Below the pieces are notes generated by a model. The model saw only the letters and a list, made by a program, of their open reading frames with translations. It had not been told where the DNA came from and did not search any database. A stretch of DNA of 64,000 bases from Mobula hypostoma. Lineage: Eukaryota. This document shows, piece by piece, positions 36,812-49,608 of this stretch. Numbering within the stretch: position 1 is the stretch's first letter; each line of letters opens with the position of its first letter. Made by a program: the position numbers and the translations under genes. The DNA lies in NCBI RefSeq assembly GCF_963921235.1, contig NC_086097.1, positions 194,248,001 to 194,312,000 of the forward strand, read 5' to 3'.

Positions 36812-36931
36812 CTGTGACAGTAAATTTGAAGATTCTGCTTGGAAGAGACCTTCCTGCGTACGTATCTGCATTACTTTCATTCAACACCACTTGTAGTTTT
36901 AAGGTGTAGTTCCCAAGCTTATTAATATTTT
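36812..36931 (-). CDS. SMCHD1: SMCHD1 exon (~human exon 19), 120 nt
   Basis: [39 protein letters not shown]; tttttcag / GTAAAT. Confidence 0.95.
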
Positions 36932-37494
36932 CTGAAAAAAAAACGCAACCCTATTAAAGTAAAATGCAAAATTGAGCTGTGATCTCTTCCTCATATTTCT
37001 AAAAATTGCCCCACCATGTCCTCTATTTGTTTGCAAAGTGCATAATTCTGGCTTTAACTGTTCCCATTTACAGCCAAAATTAATATTCACAATTTGTGTC
37101 TTGAGAACCCCCAAACGCAAACCCACAAACATAGTGATGGAGTACTACAATTATGCCAATATATACAATAAGGCTACTTTACAGAATAATTTTCTGCTTG
37201 GAAATGCCTAGATATATCCAATTTTTAAATCAGCACTTATTACAAATAATGCAAAACAATGACACTTCAAAGTTTAAAAATCTGTATTTCTAACTTATTT
37301 ACTTCAGTGAAAATACTCACACATTATTCCTTTTACAAACAAGATGCCTCCCTTGGTGATATTTTTTGTTCGCAAACAGGAATCAAAAGAATACACTTGC
37401 TTGAAATGTCATGGTTTCCTACCACACCATGTGAAAAAATGGACCTAGAAAAACCTGAACCATGACTTAAATACTTTCTTGTGAAAACACTCAC

Positions 37495-37572
37495 CCATCT
37501 TTTTGAACCAATACGGCCATTTGCCACCATGTTGACTGATATGAGAAACTATTTCTTTGTCACCTCCAGAAG
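37495..37572 (-). CDS. SMCHD1: SMCHD1 exon (~human exon 18), 78 nt
   Basis: [26 protein letters not shown]; tttcag / GTGAGT. Confidence 0.95.
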
Positions 37573-38329
37573 CTGAAATGCCAAAAACAATTAACATTTT
37601 ACAACAATTTAATAATAACATCAAGTAATTAAGATTCTTAACTGACTGTTCAACATGACATTCAGCCAATTTAGAAGTATGTACCATTGGACAAATGTGG
37701 AAATCTCATGGGCAGCATCTTATCGAGTATTCAAATACAATTAACTGATGGGCCCACATTTGTTCTGCTCACTGCAACTTCAAAAAAATCCATTTGACCC
37801 ATCAATTCTATGCCTGTTCACAGAGCAATCTCACTCATCCCACATTTTCATAAACTATACAAGAACAATTTACAGTGACCAATTAACTGACTAATGCATA
37901 CATCTTTGTCACAGGGAGAACATGCCATCTCCAGACAACATTAAGTCAGGCTGAACTTAGGTCAATGTCACAGCAAGGCAGCAACTTCTACAAGCTGCAA
38001 TTGTTAGTCTGTAGCTTAATCTTTTATGGTAGATTCCAAATAATTTCCCTCCTAATGAGGTCAAGTTAACTGATCCAGGAGATTTTCCAGTATATTCTGC
38101 CACAAAGACAGCTAAAATATGTTGAATTTTTCTAAGTATTTTCCTAATCCCTAGTAGAATCTTTCCTGGCTGAGTCTGTAATGAGTGAATGGACATTGTG
38201 GATAGGTGCATGGAGTTTAAAAAATACAGGGCTATGGGTAAGCCTGGGTAGTTCTAAGGTAAGGACAATTTCGGCACAGCTTTGTGGGTCGAAGGGCCTG
38301 TATTGTGCTGTAGGTTTTCTATGTTTCTA

Positions 38330-39420
38330 TGCTTACTTGGATTTTCAGAAGGCCTTTGAAAAGATGCTTAACAAAATAGGAGCACATGGTTTTGTAGGGA
38401 AGATACTTGCATGGATAGAAGATTGGCTAAGTGGCAGGAGACAAAAAGTGGGAATAAAGGGCCTTTTTTCTGGTTGGCCACCAATGAATGACTAATGGTG
38501 ATCCATAGTGGTTAGTGTTGGGACTACTTCTTTTCACGCTATGTCAATGACTTGGACGACATGTGGAGGGGAGAAAAGTACTGAGGAAGCAGGGAATCTG
38601 CAAGAAGGACTTAGAGAGACTGGGAGAATAGGAAAAGAAGTGGCAGATGAAACAGTGTAGGGAAGTGTATGGTCATGCACTTTGGTAGATGGAATAAAGG
38701 TGTGAACCATTTCCTAAATGGAGAAAGTTCAATATCAGAGGTGTAAATGGACTCAGAAGCCCTCAGGCAGGATTCTTAAAGGTTAAACTTGCAGGTTGAG
38801 TCGGTGGTAAGGAAGGCAAATGCAATGTTGGCATTCATTTTGAAAATAAAGCACAGAATATAAAGCACGGATGTAATGCTGAGGCTTTATAACACATTGA
38901 TCAGACTGCACTTGGGAGTATTGTGAGAATTTTGGACCGATATCTAAGAAAAGATGTGCTATTGTTGGAGAGGGCCCAGAGGAGGTTCATGAAAATGCTG
39001 GCTCTGGGTCTGTGCTCACTTGAGTTTAGAAGACTGAGGAGGGGACATCACTGAAACCTATCAAATATTTGAAGACCTAGGTAAGAGTGGACGTGGAGCG
39101 GTTGTTTCCTACAGTGGGGGAGTCTAGGACCAGTGGGCACAGCCTCAGAATAGAGGGACATCCATTTAGAACAGAGATGAGAAGGAACTTCGTTAACCAG
39201 AGGGTAGAGGAATCTGTGGAATTCATTGCCTCAGCAGTGGAGGCCAAGTCATTGGGTAGATGCGGAGGTTGATCAGTTCTTGATTAGTCAAAGTGACAAA
39301 GATTACGGAAAGAAGGCAAGGGAATGGGATTGAGAGGGATAATAAATCTGCCGTGATTCAATGGTGGAGCAGACCTAATGGGTCAAAAGGCCTAATTCTG
39401 CTGCATATCTTATGGTCAGA
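38330..39420 (+). mobile_element. Degraded CR1 LINE RT fragment with 3' end
   Basis: YLDFQKAF, ILAWIEDWL, RLFPTVGESRTSGHSLRI. Confidence 0.85.
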
Positions 39421-39579
39421 GCCCACATCATCTTCAGCTTTTCTTCCCTCTCATCATACATTCATGTACAGAAGCTTTTACTTTTTTAATGCCTCATATT
39501 CTAATTTCCTTTTTAATTCTTTAATCCTTCTTTACTGATTTCTGAACTTAATGAATCCATAATTTACTGTTTTGTTTAG

Positions 39580-40566
39580 GACCAAGCTCAGGCATGTGTG
39601 CTTAGCCCACTGCTCTACTCTCCCTATATCCATGACTGTGCGGCTAGGTATAGCTCAAATACCATCTATAAATATGCTGATGATACAACCATTGTTAGTA
39701 GAATCTCAGCTGGAGACAAGAGGGCATAAAGGAAGGAGATATACCAGCTAGTTGTGTGGTGTTGCAGCAACAACCTTGCACTCAACGTCAGTAAGGTGAA
39801 AGAGCTGATTGTGGACTTCAGAAGGGTAAGATGAAGGAACACATACCAATCCTCATAGGAGGGATCAGAAGTGGTGAGAGTGAGCAGTTTCAAGTTCCTG
39901 GGTGTCAAAAATCTCTGAGGACCTAACCTGGTCCCAACATATCACTGTAGCTACAAAGAAGACAAGACAGTGACTATACTTCATTAGAAATTTCAAGAGA
40001 TTTGGTATATCAACAAAAACACTCAAAAACTTCTATAGATGTACTGTGGAGAGCATTCTGACAGGCTGCATCACTCTCTGGTATGGGGGGGTGGCGTACT
40101 GCACAGGACAGAAAGAAGCTGAAGAGGGTCATAAATTTAATCAGGTCCATCTTGGGTACTACCCTACAGAATAACCAGGACATCTTCAAGGAGCGGTGTC
40201 TCAGAAAGGCAGCGTCCATTATTAAGGACGTCCAGTACCCAGGGCATGCCCTTTTCTCACCGTTACCATCAGGTAGGAGGTACAGAAGCCTGAAGGCATA
40301 CACTTGAGGATTCAGGAACAGCTTCTTCTCCTTTGCCATTCGATTCCTAAATGGATGTTGAAACTGTGAACACTACCTAATTTTTAAAATATATATTTAT
40401 TTCTGTTTTTGCACGACTTTTAATCTATTCAATATACATGTACTGTAACTGATTTATTTATTTACTAATTAATTATGTTTTTCCCTTCTATATTATGTAT
40501 TGCATTGAACTGCTGCTGCTAACAAATTTTACGACGCATGCCGGTGATAATAAACCTGATTCTGAT
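39580..40566 (+). mobile_element. Rex1/Babar-type LINE 3' fragment
   Basis: Closely similar to 6620-7583; RCLRKAASIIKD..HALFSPLPSGRRYRSL; tail aataaacctgattctgatt. Confidence 0.9.
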
Positions 40567-41270
40567 TGTCAGCTTTTTTTCCTCCTTTGATCAAATACCA
40601 TTCTTGCTATTTGCCATTGCTTGTTTCCAAGTTGCCTTCTTAAGAACATGAAAAAGTGAAGAGTTGCAATCTTTCTTAAACTTGCTGTCATGACATTAAG
40701 AGAGCATTTTTAACAAACAAAATTGTGTGGATCAAATGAAAAGGAAATCATATTACATACTTATGCAAAGAAACCATTTTCTATACGATGATTTCCCAGA
40801 ACAAGAGTCTTGAATCTACCTTGCTTAATTTTGGAAGGAATTATTCTAGTGGATCACATGTTTGTGCTATTAATGCAGAATTATCTACATTCACCATCAT
40901 TATCCCATTACCTTAGAGTAACAGGCTTAGATGGGATGGAATTGATAAACTAGGTCCCAGGTCCAGCAAGGGAAGGAAGGTTTTATTCAAATTTACATTA
41001 TGGAATTAGGATGGGCAAGTGGTAAAAATATCCATGGAGAATCCCTTTGGGAACAGTGACTGTCATTTAATAATGATATACAAAGTAGTAATTGAAAAGG
41101 ACAAGTTTGGCCAGAGCTAGGTTTTAAATTGGGGGATAACTGAATTCAATGGTAAAAGACAGGACCCAGCAAGAAGCTGATAAGGAGCAGCTGCTAGATG
41201 GCAAAACAACAGAGTGCAAACAGTGTAAAGGTGAAATAGTAAGGTTCAGATTCAACATGTCCCTCTAAGG

Positions 41271-41485
41271 CAGGGGTCCCCAACCTTTCTTGCACTGCCG
41301 ACCAGTTTAATATTGACGATATTCTTGCGGACGGGCCGACCGGGGGGGGGGGAGGTAATAGTGTTCAAGTTCAACAGTGCGTGACAGGGAATGAGGAAAG
41401 GTGCAGCTGACTCATATCGTTTCATATCGCCAAATCATATCATTTCCTCGCACATGCTTTGCAGCCTGGTGGTTGGGGACCACTG
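41271..41485. mobile_element. hAT-Charlie-type MITE inside a degraded CR1 (~41000-42660)
   Basis: TIRs caggggtccccaacc / ggttggggaccactg; perfect 8-bp TSD ctctaagg (41263-41270, 41486-41493). Confidence 0.9.
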
Positions 41486-42969
41486 CTCTAAGGTAAGAAG
41501 CAAATATGGTAAGATTAATAAACCTTGATTAACGTAGGAAATTGAAGATTTGATTAAAAAAAAAGGAATCAAATGTCAGGTGTAAGCAACTGGTAACAAG
41601 TTCGTTCTTTGAAGGTTATAGAAGTACATGCTATGGGAAAGGAGGAGATAGCTGGAGCCCTGACGGAGATTTCTTCATTTTAGGTGATATACAAAAAGAC
41701 TGGGTGATTGCAAATGTTTCCTTATTCAAAAAGTATTAGAGATGAGCCGGGAAACTAAAGGCCAATGAGCCTGTTTCCAGTTGTAGGGAAACGGGGGAAA
41801 AGAAAGGAGCAGGATTTAAGTTCACTTGGAAAGGCAGGGGATTCAGCACACTTTGTTCAGAGGAAATCTTGGCTCATATCTGATTGAATTTTTTGTAGTG
41901 ATAACTAAGAAAATTGATGAATGCAAGAAATAGTATGCATGTACTTGAGCAGGGATTCTGAAAAGATCCAAGAAGACAGGCTGGGTTCAAAGGTGAAGGC
42001 AATAGGAATCAGAGGCATGTTGACAGAATGCATTTAGAATTGGCTTGATGATCCAAGACAAAAAGCAGTGGTGGACTCTACAACATGAACCACACAGGAC
42101 CTTTGCCAGAACATTTGTCTGTCATATGCTATGGACAAGAACACAGGTGCTCTGATTAGTAAGCTTGCTGACAACATAAAAATTGTTGAAAATGAAGATG
42201 GAAAAGATGATTGTCTAAGGATATGGAAGATAATGAATCAAATGGAAGGTTGGACAGAGCTTTGGTAGATATCATTAATTTCAGACAAGTGCGATGTATT
42301 TTGGAACATCAAATACTTGTAAGATGTATACAATACATGGAAGGAACAATAGTAGTGCTGACATACAGAGATGCCTTGTGTGCATATTTATAATTGCCCA
42401 ATACTGGAAAAACAGGAGAATAAGTCAAAGAAGCCATGTTGGCATCTTTGCCTTCGTAGACAGAGATTACCAAGTACAAGAGTTGGGATATTACGATGCC
42501 GCTGTGCGGAACATTGGTCAGGTCGCAGTTGAAATACTGTGTGCAGCTCTGGCCACCATAGCAGAAAGGATGTTGTATGCAGAAGAGATTCACCAGGAGG
42601 TTGATTTGAACGGAGAGCTTCAGTTGCATTAGATACACAAGGAGAAATTTAGATGGCTCATTGTTCCAAAGTAAATCCATTGCTGAAGCATACCTAAACT
42701 CCTACTTCATTTTTTCCCCCAAGGAATGCTGACAAGATCCTCCATTAAAGGTCACAGAAAAATCTCGCATCATCGATTGCATGAGTTCTTGCTGATATTA
42801 TGTATCTCATGTAATGCCAGACTGGGAGGAAAATTTACAGTGATCAAGTTATTTTTCATGTTTACATTTTACTAGCTAATAACAAAGGTAATGCATTTGT
42901 TAAAAGGATCACCAGCAGTTAGGCATCAAACATAGCAAGCAGCTGAACAATTATACACACTAAAAATTA

Positions 42970-43146
<177 letters not shown>

Positions 43147-44338
43147 TTAACTACATTTACATATGGCATGTTGCTTAGGAAAAATCAACATTTCCTTATC
43201 ACACACTGTCTTAAAGCCATAGCTTGTCAAAATATAAACTGGCTCTGTAAAAAAAACAGTGCTAGTACAAGCATCAGCAATGGTCAGTTAACAGTCACCT
43301 TGCACAGGTCATAAGACAGCTGCTTAGTGCTACTCCAGAGATACAAGCACGACAACCTTGGGGCTTACTGTCAACTTATTGGTCAGAAAGTCTTTCAGAT
43401 GAGGTTAACAAAAAATAACAACCAAACTATCAGAAGCACTTGTGCACTATCAGTTAATATGCTTGCATGATGTTGATTGTTGCAAATAGGTGCCTTTGAT
43501 GGTTATTGAAATTCAACCAGTCCACTGCACTATGAATTTTTGCACATTAGTAAGCCCTTTCTTTCAATCTACTTTCTTTCATTCTTAAATTCTTTACCTG
43601 TCTGTGGAAATGAATACATTTCTATGGCTCTTCAATGGATTGTATATTATACCAATTGCTCTTCTTTACATTTTATTCAGATTTTACACTTGACCCAGTT
43701 ATTTATTTCTTCTTTTCTTTCCAAACTATTAATCAATATATAGTGTTCTTAAATCTACGCGTAGCCAAATTTAACCTAAAAAAAGGCAGAGTTCAGCTTG
43801 CATCTTGTCACAAGATGCAAGAGAATCTCTTTTAATTCCAACTATCAAAAAAGTGAAATCAGAGCCTAAAAATGTCCTAAATCACTAGAAATACTGCCTG
43901 ATTAAAAGCAATTGCTCTGAAGATTTGAGAAATGTATGTTTAATTATGAAGAACTACTGCACAACAGTTAGGAAAATTTGCCAAATATAAATAGGGTCAC
44001 AGATTAAACCAGATCAAATCAGAAATGATTTCGAAAGAGGTAATTTCAAACCCCCTGCTGGACACAAATTGGATGAAGTATCAGATATATTGCAGATTAT
44101 TGGTGTATAATGGACTATCAAAATTAAAATCAAAACTGCAGAGGCCAGCAATTTGAAACAAACAAAAGGCCGCAAACACTTAGTTGTCAGACAGTATTGT
44201 GCAGAGAGAAACATTTCAGGTCAAAGATACTTTGAGAACTAAAAGAAAAACTAGATTTCAATCGCAGCAAAAGTGCGGTTTGGGACGGATAAGACACGAA
44301 AATTTCTTTGAAATTAATTAAATATTATTTAGTCTCAC

Positions 44339-44421
44339 CTATGGGTATTCCTGCAGGTCTGCTTTCGTTCGGAATAAGTTCATCTCCTTCTGGCCAAGTA
44401 ACAGACAATTTATCAGGAAGC
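44339..44421 (-). CDS. SMCHD1: SMCHD1 exon (~human exon 16), 83 nt
   Basis: [27 protein letters not shown](G); aacag / GTGAGA; follows an 89-nt intron. Confidence 0.95.
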
Positions 44422-44510
44422 CTGTTTAAAACAAATAGCATCGATATATTTCTACAAGCAAAAACAAAATTAAACCAGAATGTGAAATTACCACTGTGAA
44501 TTTCTAGTAC

Positions 44511-44617
44511 CTTGCCATTTCATCTTCTATGTATTTCTTGATCATAGAGGTAGCTACAGTTCTGTCTAGCTTTGAAATTGGAATAGTCTTCACCTCATCA
44601 TACAAAGCTTGAGGTTC
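44511..44617 (-). CDS. SMCHD1: SMCHD1 exon (~human exon 15), 107 nt
   Basis: [35 protein letters not shown](R); cctag / GTACTA. Confidence 0.95.
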
Positions 44618-45094
44618 CTAGGAGGAATGAAATTAAAAAGGAAATAAAATCTTACCAAGTTTAGTGACTTGTTTTTCCAATAACTCCTTAGCACACATTA
44701 ATGTTGCTAACTAGGAAGTTGACAGTAGGATCAGCTGTTTCACAGTAAAACAGTAAAAGACCTGGAAGTGGCCATCAACCCAATCTTGTCAATTTAATAA
44801 TTAAGTCAAAAGGTATGTTTTGATCTTATAGTGGCAAGCCCTTTAGAACAATGTTGTGCACCCTTTTAAAGTCTGGCACAGTCCTTGAATTATTCATAAA
44901 ATTTGTGTACAATTACTGAATGTTAGTTTTGAATTACTGGTGGCATTACACCTGCATGTTGCTCTTGCCACAGGATTAGGATTGTTTACAGGATTTGCCC
45001 AGTAAAACAATATACTGATCATGAGCTCCCATAATAATTTAATAAAACTTGCAAATAATGACCACCCAAGAATTAGATGATTGTTCTTCTTTTC

Positions 45095-45420
45095 CATCAT
45101 TAAGGACCTCCATCAACCAGGATATGCTGCTCTCTTCTCATTGCTACAATTGGGGAGGAAGTACAGGACCCTGCAGGTTCACACTTAATGATTCAGGAAC
45201 AGCTTCTTCCCCTCTGCCATCAGATTTCTGAATAGACATTAAACCCCATGGACACTATCTCATTACCTTTATTTGCCCTTTTTTGCACTACTTTAAGTTT
45301 CTTTTTAAATATACAGTGCACACATACTTCTTACTACAATTCACAGTAGTTATTATGTATTGCTGCTGCATAACAAATTTCATGATGTATCCCAGTTATA
45401 TTAAAGCTGACTCTGATTCT
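45095..45420 (+). mobile_element. Rex1-like 3' end
   Basis: ccatcattaaggacctccatc...attcaggaacagcttcttcccctctgccatcaga...ctgactctgattct. Confidence 0.75.
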
Positions 45421-45432
45421 TGAATGTACCTC

Positions 45433-45530
45433 ACAACACACACAAAATGCTGGAAGAACTCAGCAGGCCAGGCAGCATCTAGGGAAAAAAGTACAGTGGA
45501 CATTTTGGACTGAGACCCTTCAGCAGGACT
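45433..45530 (-). mobile_element. Penelope-derived 3'-end fragment with a degenerate hammerhead
   Basis: Minus strand reads agtcCTGCTGAagggtctcagtcCAAAAtgtc. Confidence 0.75.
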
Positions 45531-46448
45531 CCCTACTTGTTTGGGTTCAGTTTAAGTTCTGAATAAGCATTGTTGTGGGCTAACTCAATTACATTAGAAC
45601 CAGTGACATCAGGAATGATTTCAACAGTGATACATGTCAAAACAGTGACCTCAGGAGAGATTCATGGCCTGGACACACATATGGATAAGTTCTGAAAATA
45701 ATGAAGCATAGAGGTAATAGATTAAATCCTCACTGATTATAGCCATGGACCAACAAAAGTTTTGCAAAAATCTTCCAAGCATTAGGTAGATTTTAGTTTT
45801 AAGATAAGCTATAGTAAAGCACAGCTATTGTTATTTCCCTTGTCTAAACATTAAAACAAACACACACAAAATGCTGGAGGAATTCAGCAGGCCAGTAGCA
45901 TCTATGGAAGAGAGTAAATAGTTGACGCTTCAGGCTGAGACCCTTCATCAGGTCTGGAAAGGAAGAGAAGTCAGATAAAGAAGGTGGGGGAGAGGAGAGG
46001 AAGAAGTACAAAGTGACAGGTCATAGACGAAACTGGGAAGAGGGGAGGAGGTGTGAAGTGAAGAGTTGGGAAGTTGATTGGTGAAAAAGATAAAGAGCTG
46101 GAGAAGGGAGAGAAGCACCAGATGGAGGTGATGGCCAGGTAAGGTGTGAAATCTGCCCTCACCCCATCCTTCCACCACCACACCAGGGATCAAGTTCCAC
46201 TTGTTGCTCCCTACCAACCCACAAGCCTCCACATCCAGCACATAATTTTCTGTAACAACTGCCATCTTCAATGGGATCCTACCACAAAGCACATAAGACC
46301 AAAAGATACAGGAGCAGAAGTAGGCCAATCGGCTCATCGAGTCTGCTCTGCCATTCAATCATGGGCTGATCCAATTCTTCCAGACATCCCACACACCCCT
46401 GCCTTCTCCCCATACCCCTTGCTGCCCTGGCTAATCAAGAACCTATCA

Positions 46449-47938
46449 AGGTGGCATGCAAAAGTTTGGGCACCCCAGTCAAAATTTCTGTTACTGTGAA
46501 TAGTTGAGTAGAAGATGAACTGATCTCCAAAAGTCATGAAGTTAAAGATGAAACATTCTTTTCAACATTTTAAGCGAGATTAGTGTATTATTTTTGTTTT
46601 ATACAATTTTAGAGTGAAAAAAGGAAATCAGCATGATGCAAAAATTTGGGCACCCCAAGAGATTTGAGCTCTCAGATAACTTTTACCAAGGTCTCAGACC
46701 TTAATTAGCTTGTTAGGGCTACAGCTTATTCACAATCATTATTAGGAAAGGCCAGGTGATGCAAATTTCAAAACTTTATAAATACTCTGACTCCTCAAAC
46801 CTTGTCCCAACAATCAGCAGCCATGGGCTCCTCTAAGCAGCTGCCTAGCACTCTAAAAATTAAAGTAAATGATGCCCACAAAGCAGGAGAAGGCTATAAG
46901 AAGATAACAAAGCATTTTCAGGTAGCCATTTCCTCAGTTCGTAATGTAATTAAGAAATAGCAGTTAACAGGAACGGTGGAGGTCAAGTTGAGGTCTGGAA
47001 GACCAAGAAAACTTTCCGAGAGAACTGCTCGTAGAATTGCTAGAAAGGCAAATCAAAACCCCTGTTTGATTGCAAAAGACCTTCAGGAAGATTTAGCAGA
47101 CTCTGGAGTGGTGGTGCACTGTTCTACTGTGCAGCGACACCTGCACAAATATGACCTTCATGGAACAAGTCCTATGGACCAATAAAGTTAAAATAAAACT
47201 TTTTGGCTACAATGAGCAAAGGTACTGTATGTTTGGAGAAAAAAGGGTGCAGAATTTCATGAAAAGAACACCTCTCCAACTGTTAAGCAGGGGGGTGGAT
47301 CGATCATGCTTTGGGCTTGTGTTGCAGCCAGTGGCACAGGGAACATTTCACTGTTAGAGGGAAGAAGGAATTCAATTAAATACCAGCAAATTCTGGAAGC
47401 AAACACCACACCGTCTGTAAAAAAGCTTAAGATGAAAAGAGGATGGCTTCTACAACAGGATAATGATCCTAAACACACCTCAAAATATACAATGGACTAC
47501 CTCAAGAGGCGCAAGCTGAAGGTTTTGCCGTGGCCCTCACAGTCCCCCAACCTAAACATCATCGAAAATCTGCGGATAGACCTTAAAAGAGCAGTGCATG
47601 CAAGACGGCCCAAGAATCTCACAGAAATTTAAGCCTTTTGCAAGGAAGAATGGGCGAAAATCCTCCAAACAAGAATTGAAAGACTTAGCTGGCTAGAGAA
47701 AGTGTTTACAAGCTGTGATACTTGCCAAAGGGGGTGTAACTAAGTACTGACCATGCAGGGTGCCCAAACTTTTGCTTCGGGCCCTTTTCCTTTTTTGTTA
47801 CTTTGAAACTGTAAAAGATGGAAATAAAAAAGTAGTCTTGCTTAAAATATTGAAGAAATGTGTCATCTTTTACTTACTTAGCTATTCACAGTAACAGAAA
47901 TTTTGACCGGGGTGCCCAAACTTTTGCATGCCACTGTA
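46449..47938 (+). mobile_element. Tc1-family IR/DR DNA transposon, near full length; transposase pseudogene at 46823-47750
   Basis: Long TIRs with internal DR aaagtttgggcacccc; MGSSKQL...GEGYKKI, RSGRPRKLS, QQDNDPKHTS, WPSQSPNLNIIENL; has a stop, frameshifts and an internal deletion; right end ccactg+TA. Confidence 0.93.
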
Positions 47939-49608
47939 TCTCTGCCTTCAATGCACCCAATGACTTGGCTTCCACAGCCGCTCGAGGCAACAAGTTATAC
48001 AGATTTACCACCCTCTGACTAAAGTAATTTCTCCGCATCTCTGTTCCAAATGGACGTCATTCAATCCTGAAGTCGTGCCCTCTTGTCCTAAAATCCCCTA
48101 CCATGGGAAATAACTTTGCCATATCTAATCTGTTCAGGCCTTTTTACATTCGGAATGTTTCTATGAGATCCCCCCTCATTCTCCTGAACTCCAGGGAATA
48201 CAGCCCAAGAGCTGCCAGACGTTCCTCATATGGTAACCCTTTCATTCCTGGAATAATTCTCATGAACCTTCTCTGAACCCTCTCTGAACCCTCTCCAATG
48301 TCACTATACCCTTTCTAAAATAAGGAGCCCAAAACTGCACACAATACTCCAAGTATGGTCTCACGAGTGCCTTATACAGCCTCAACATCACATCCCTGCT
48401 CTTATATCCTATACCTCTACAAATGAATGTCAACATTGCATTTGCCTTCTTCACCACCGACTCAACCTGGAGGTTAACCTTTAGGGCATCCTGCACAAGG
48501 ACTCCCAAGTCCCTTTGCATCTCTGCATTTTGAATTCTCTCCCCACTAAATAATAGTCCACCCGTTTATTTCTTCCATCAAAGTGCATAACCATACACTT
48601 TCCAACATTGTATTTCATTTGGGACTTCTTTGCCCATTCCCCTAAACTATCTAAGTCTTTCTGCAGGCTCTCTGTTTCCTCAACACTACCCGCTCCTCCA
48701 CCTATCTTTGTACCATCAGCAAATTTAGCCATAAATCCATTAATCCCACAGTCCAAATCATTGACATACATCGTAAAAAGCAGTAGTCCCAATAGCAACC
48801 CCTGTGGAACTCCACTGGTAACCAGCAGCCAGCCAGAATAGGATTCCTTTATTCCCACTCTGTTTTCTGCTGATCAGCCAATGCTCCACCCATGCTAGTA
48901 ACTCCCCTGTAATTCCATGGGATCTTATCTTGCTAAGCAGCTTCATGTGCGGCACCTTGTCAAAGGCCTTCTGAAAATCCAAGTGCGCCACATCTACTGC
49001 ATTTCCTTTGTCTACCCTGCTTGTAATTTCCTCAGAAAATTGCAGGAGGTTAGTAAGGCAGGATTTTTCTTTCAGGAGACCATGCTGGCAATGGCCTATC
49101 CTGTCATGTGCCTCCAGGCATTCTGTAATCTCATCCCTAACAATTGATTCCAACAACTTCCCAACCACTGATATCAGGCTAACAGGTCTAGTTTCCTTTC
49201 TGCCACCTCTCACGCTTTTTAAATATCACAGTAACATTTGCAATTTTCCAGTCATCCTGTAAAATGCCAGAATCTATTGATTCATGAAATATCCTTTTTA
49301 ATGCCTCTGCAATCTCTCCAGCTGCCTTGTTCAGAACTCCAGGGTGCATTCCATCAGGTCCAGGAGATTTATCCACCCTCAGACCATTAAGCTTCCTGAG
49401 CACCTTCTCTGTTGTAATTTTTACTGCACATACCTCACTTCCCTGACACTCTTGAATGTCCGGTATACTGCAGATGTCTTCCACTGTGAAGATTGATGCA
49501 AAATACGCATTCAGTTCCTTTGCCATCTCTGCATCTCTCATTGCAGTATCTCCAGTGTCATTTTCTATTGGTCCTATATCTACCCTCAACTCTCTTTTGC
49601 CCTTTATA

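Noticed and set aside
41341..41355. Poly-G run (and poly-C at ~58406-58420) as regulatory G-quadruplex sites
   Set aside because: Homopolymers inside TE copies with no supporting evidence
48262..48296. tgaaccctctc microduplication
   Set aside because: Ordinary slippage inside a dead CR1
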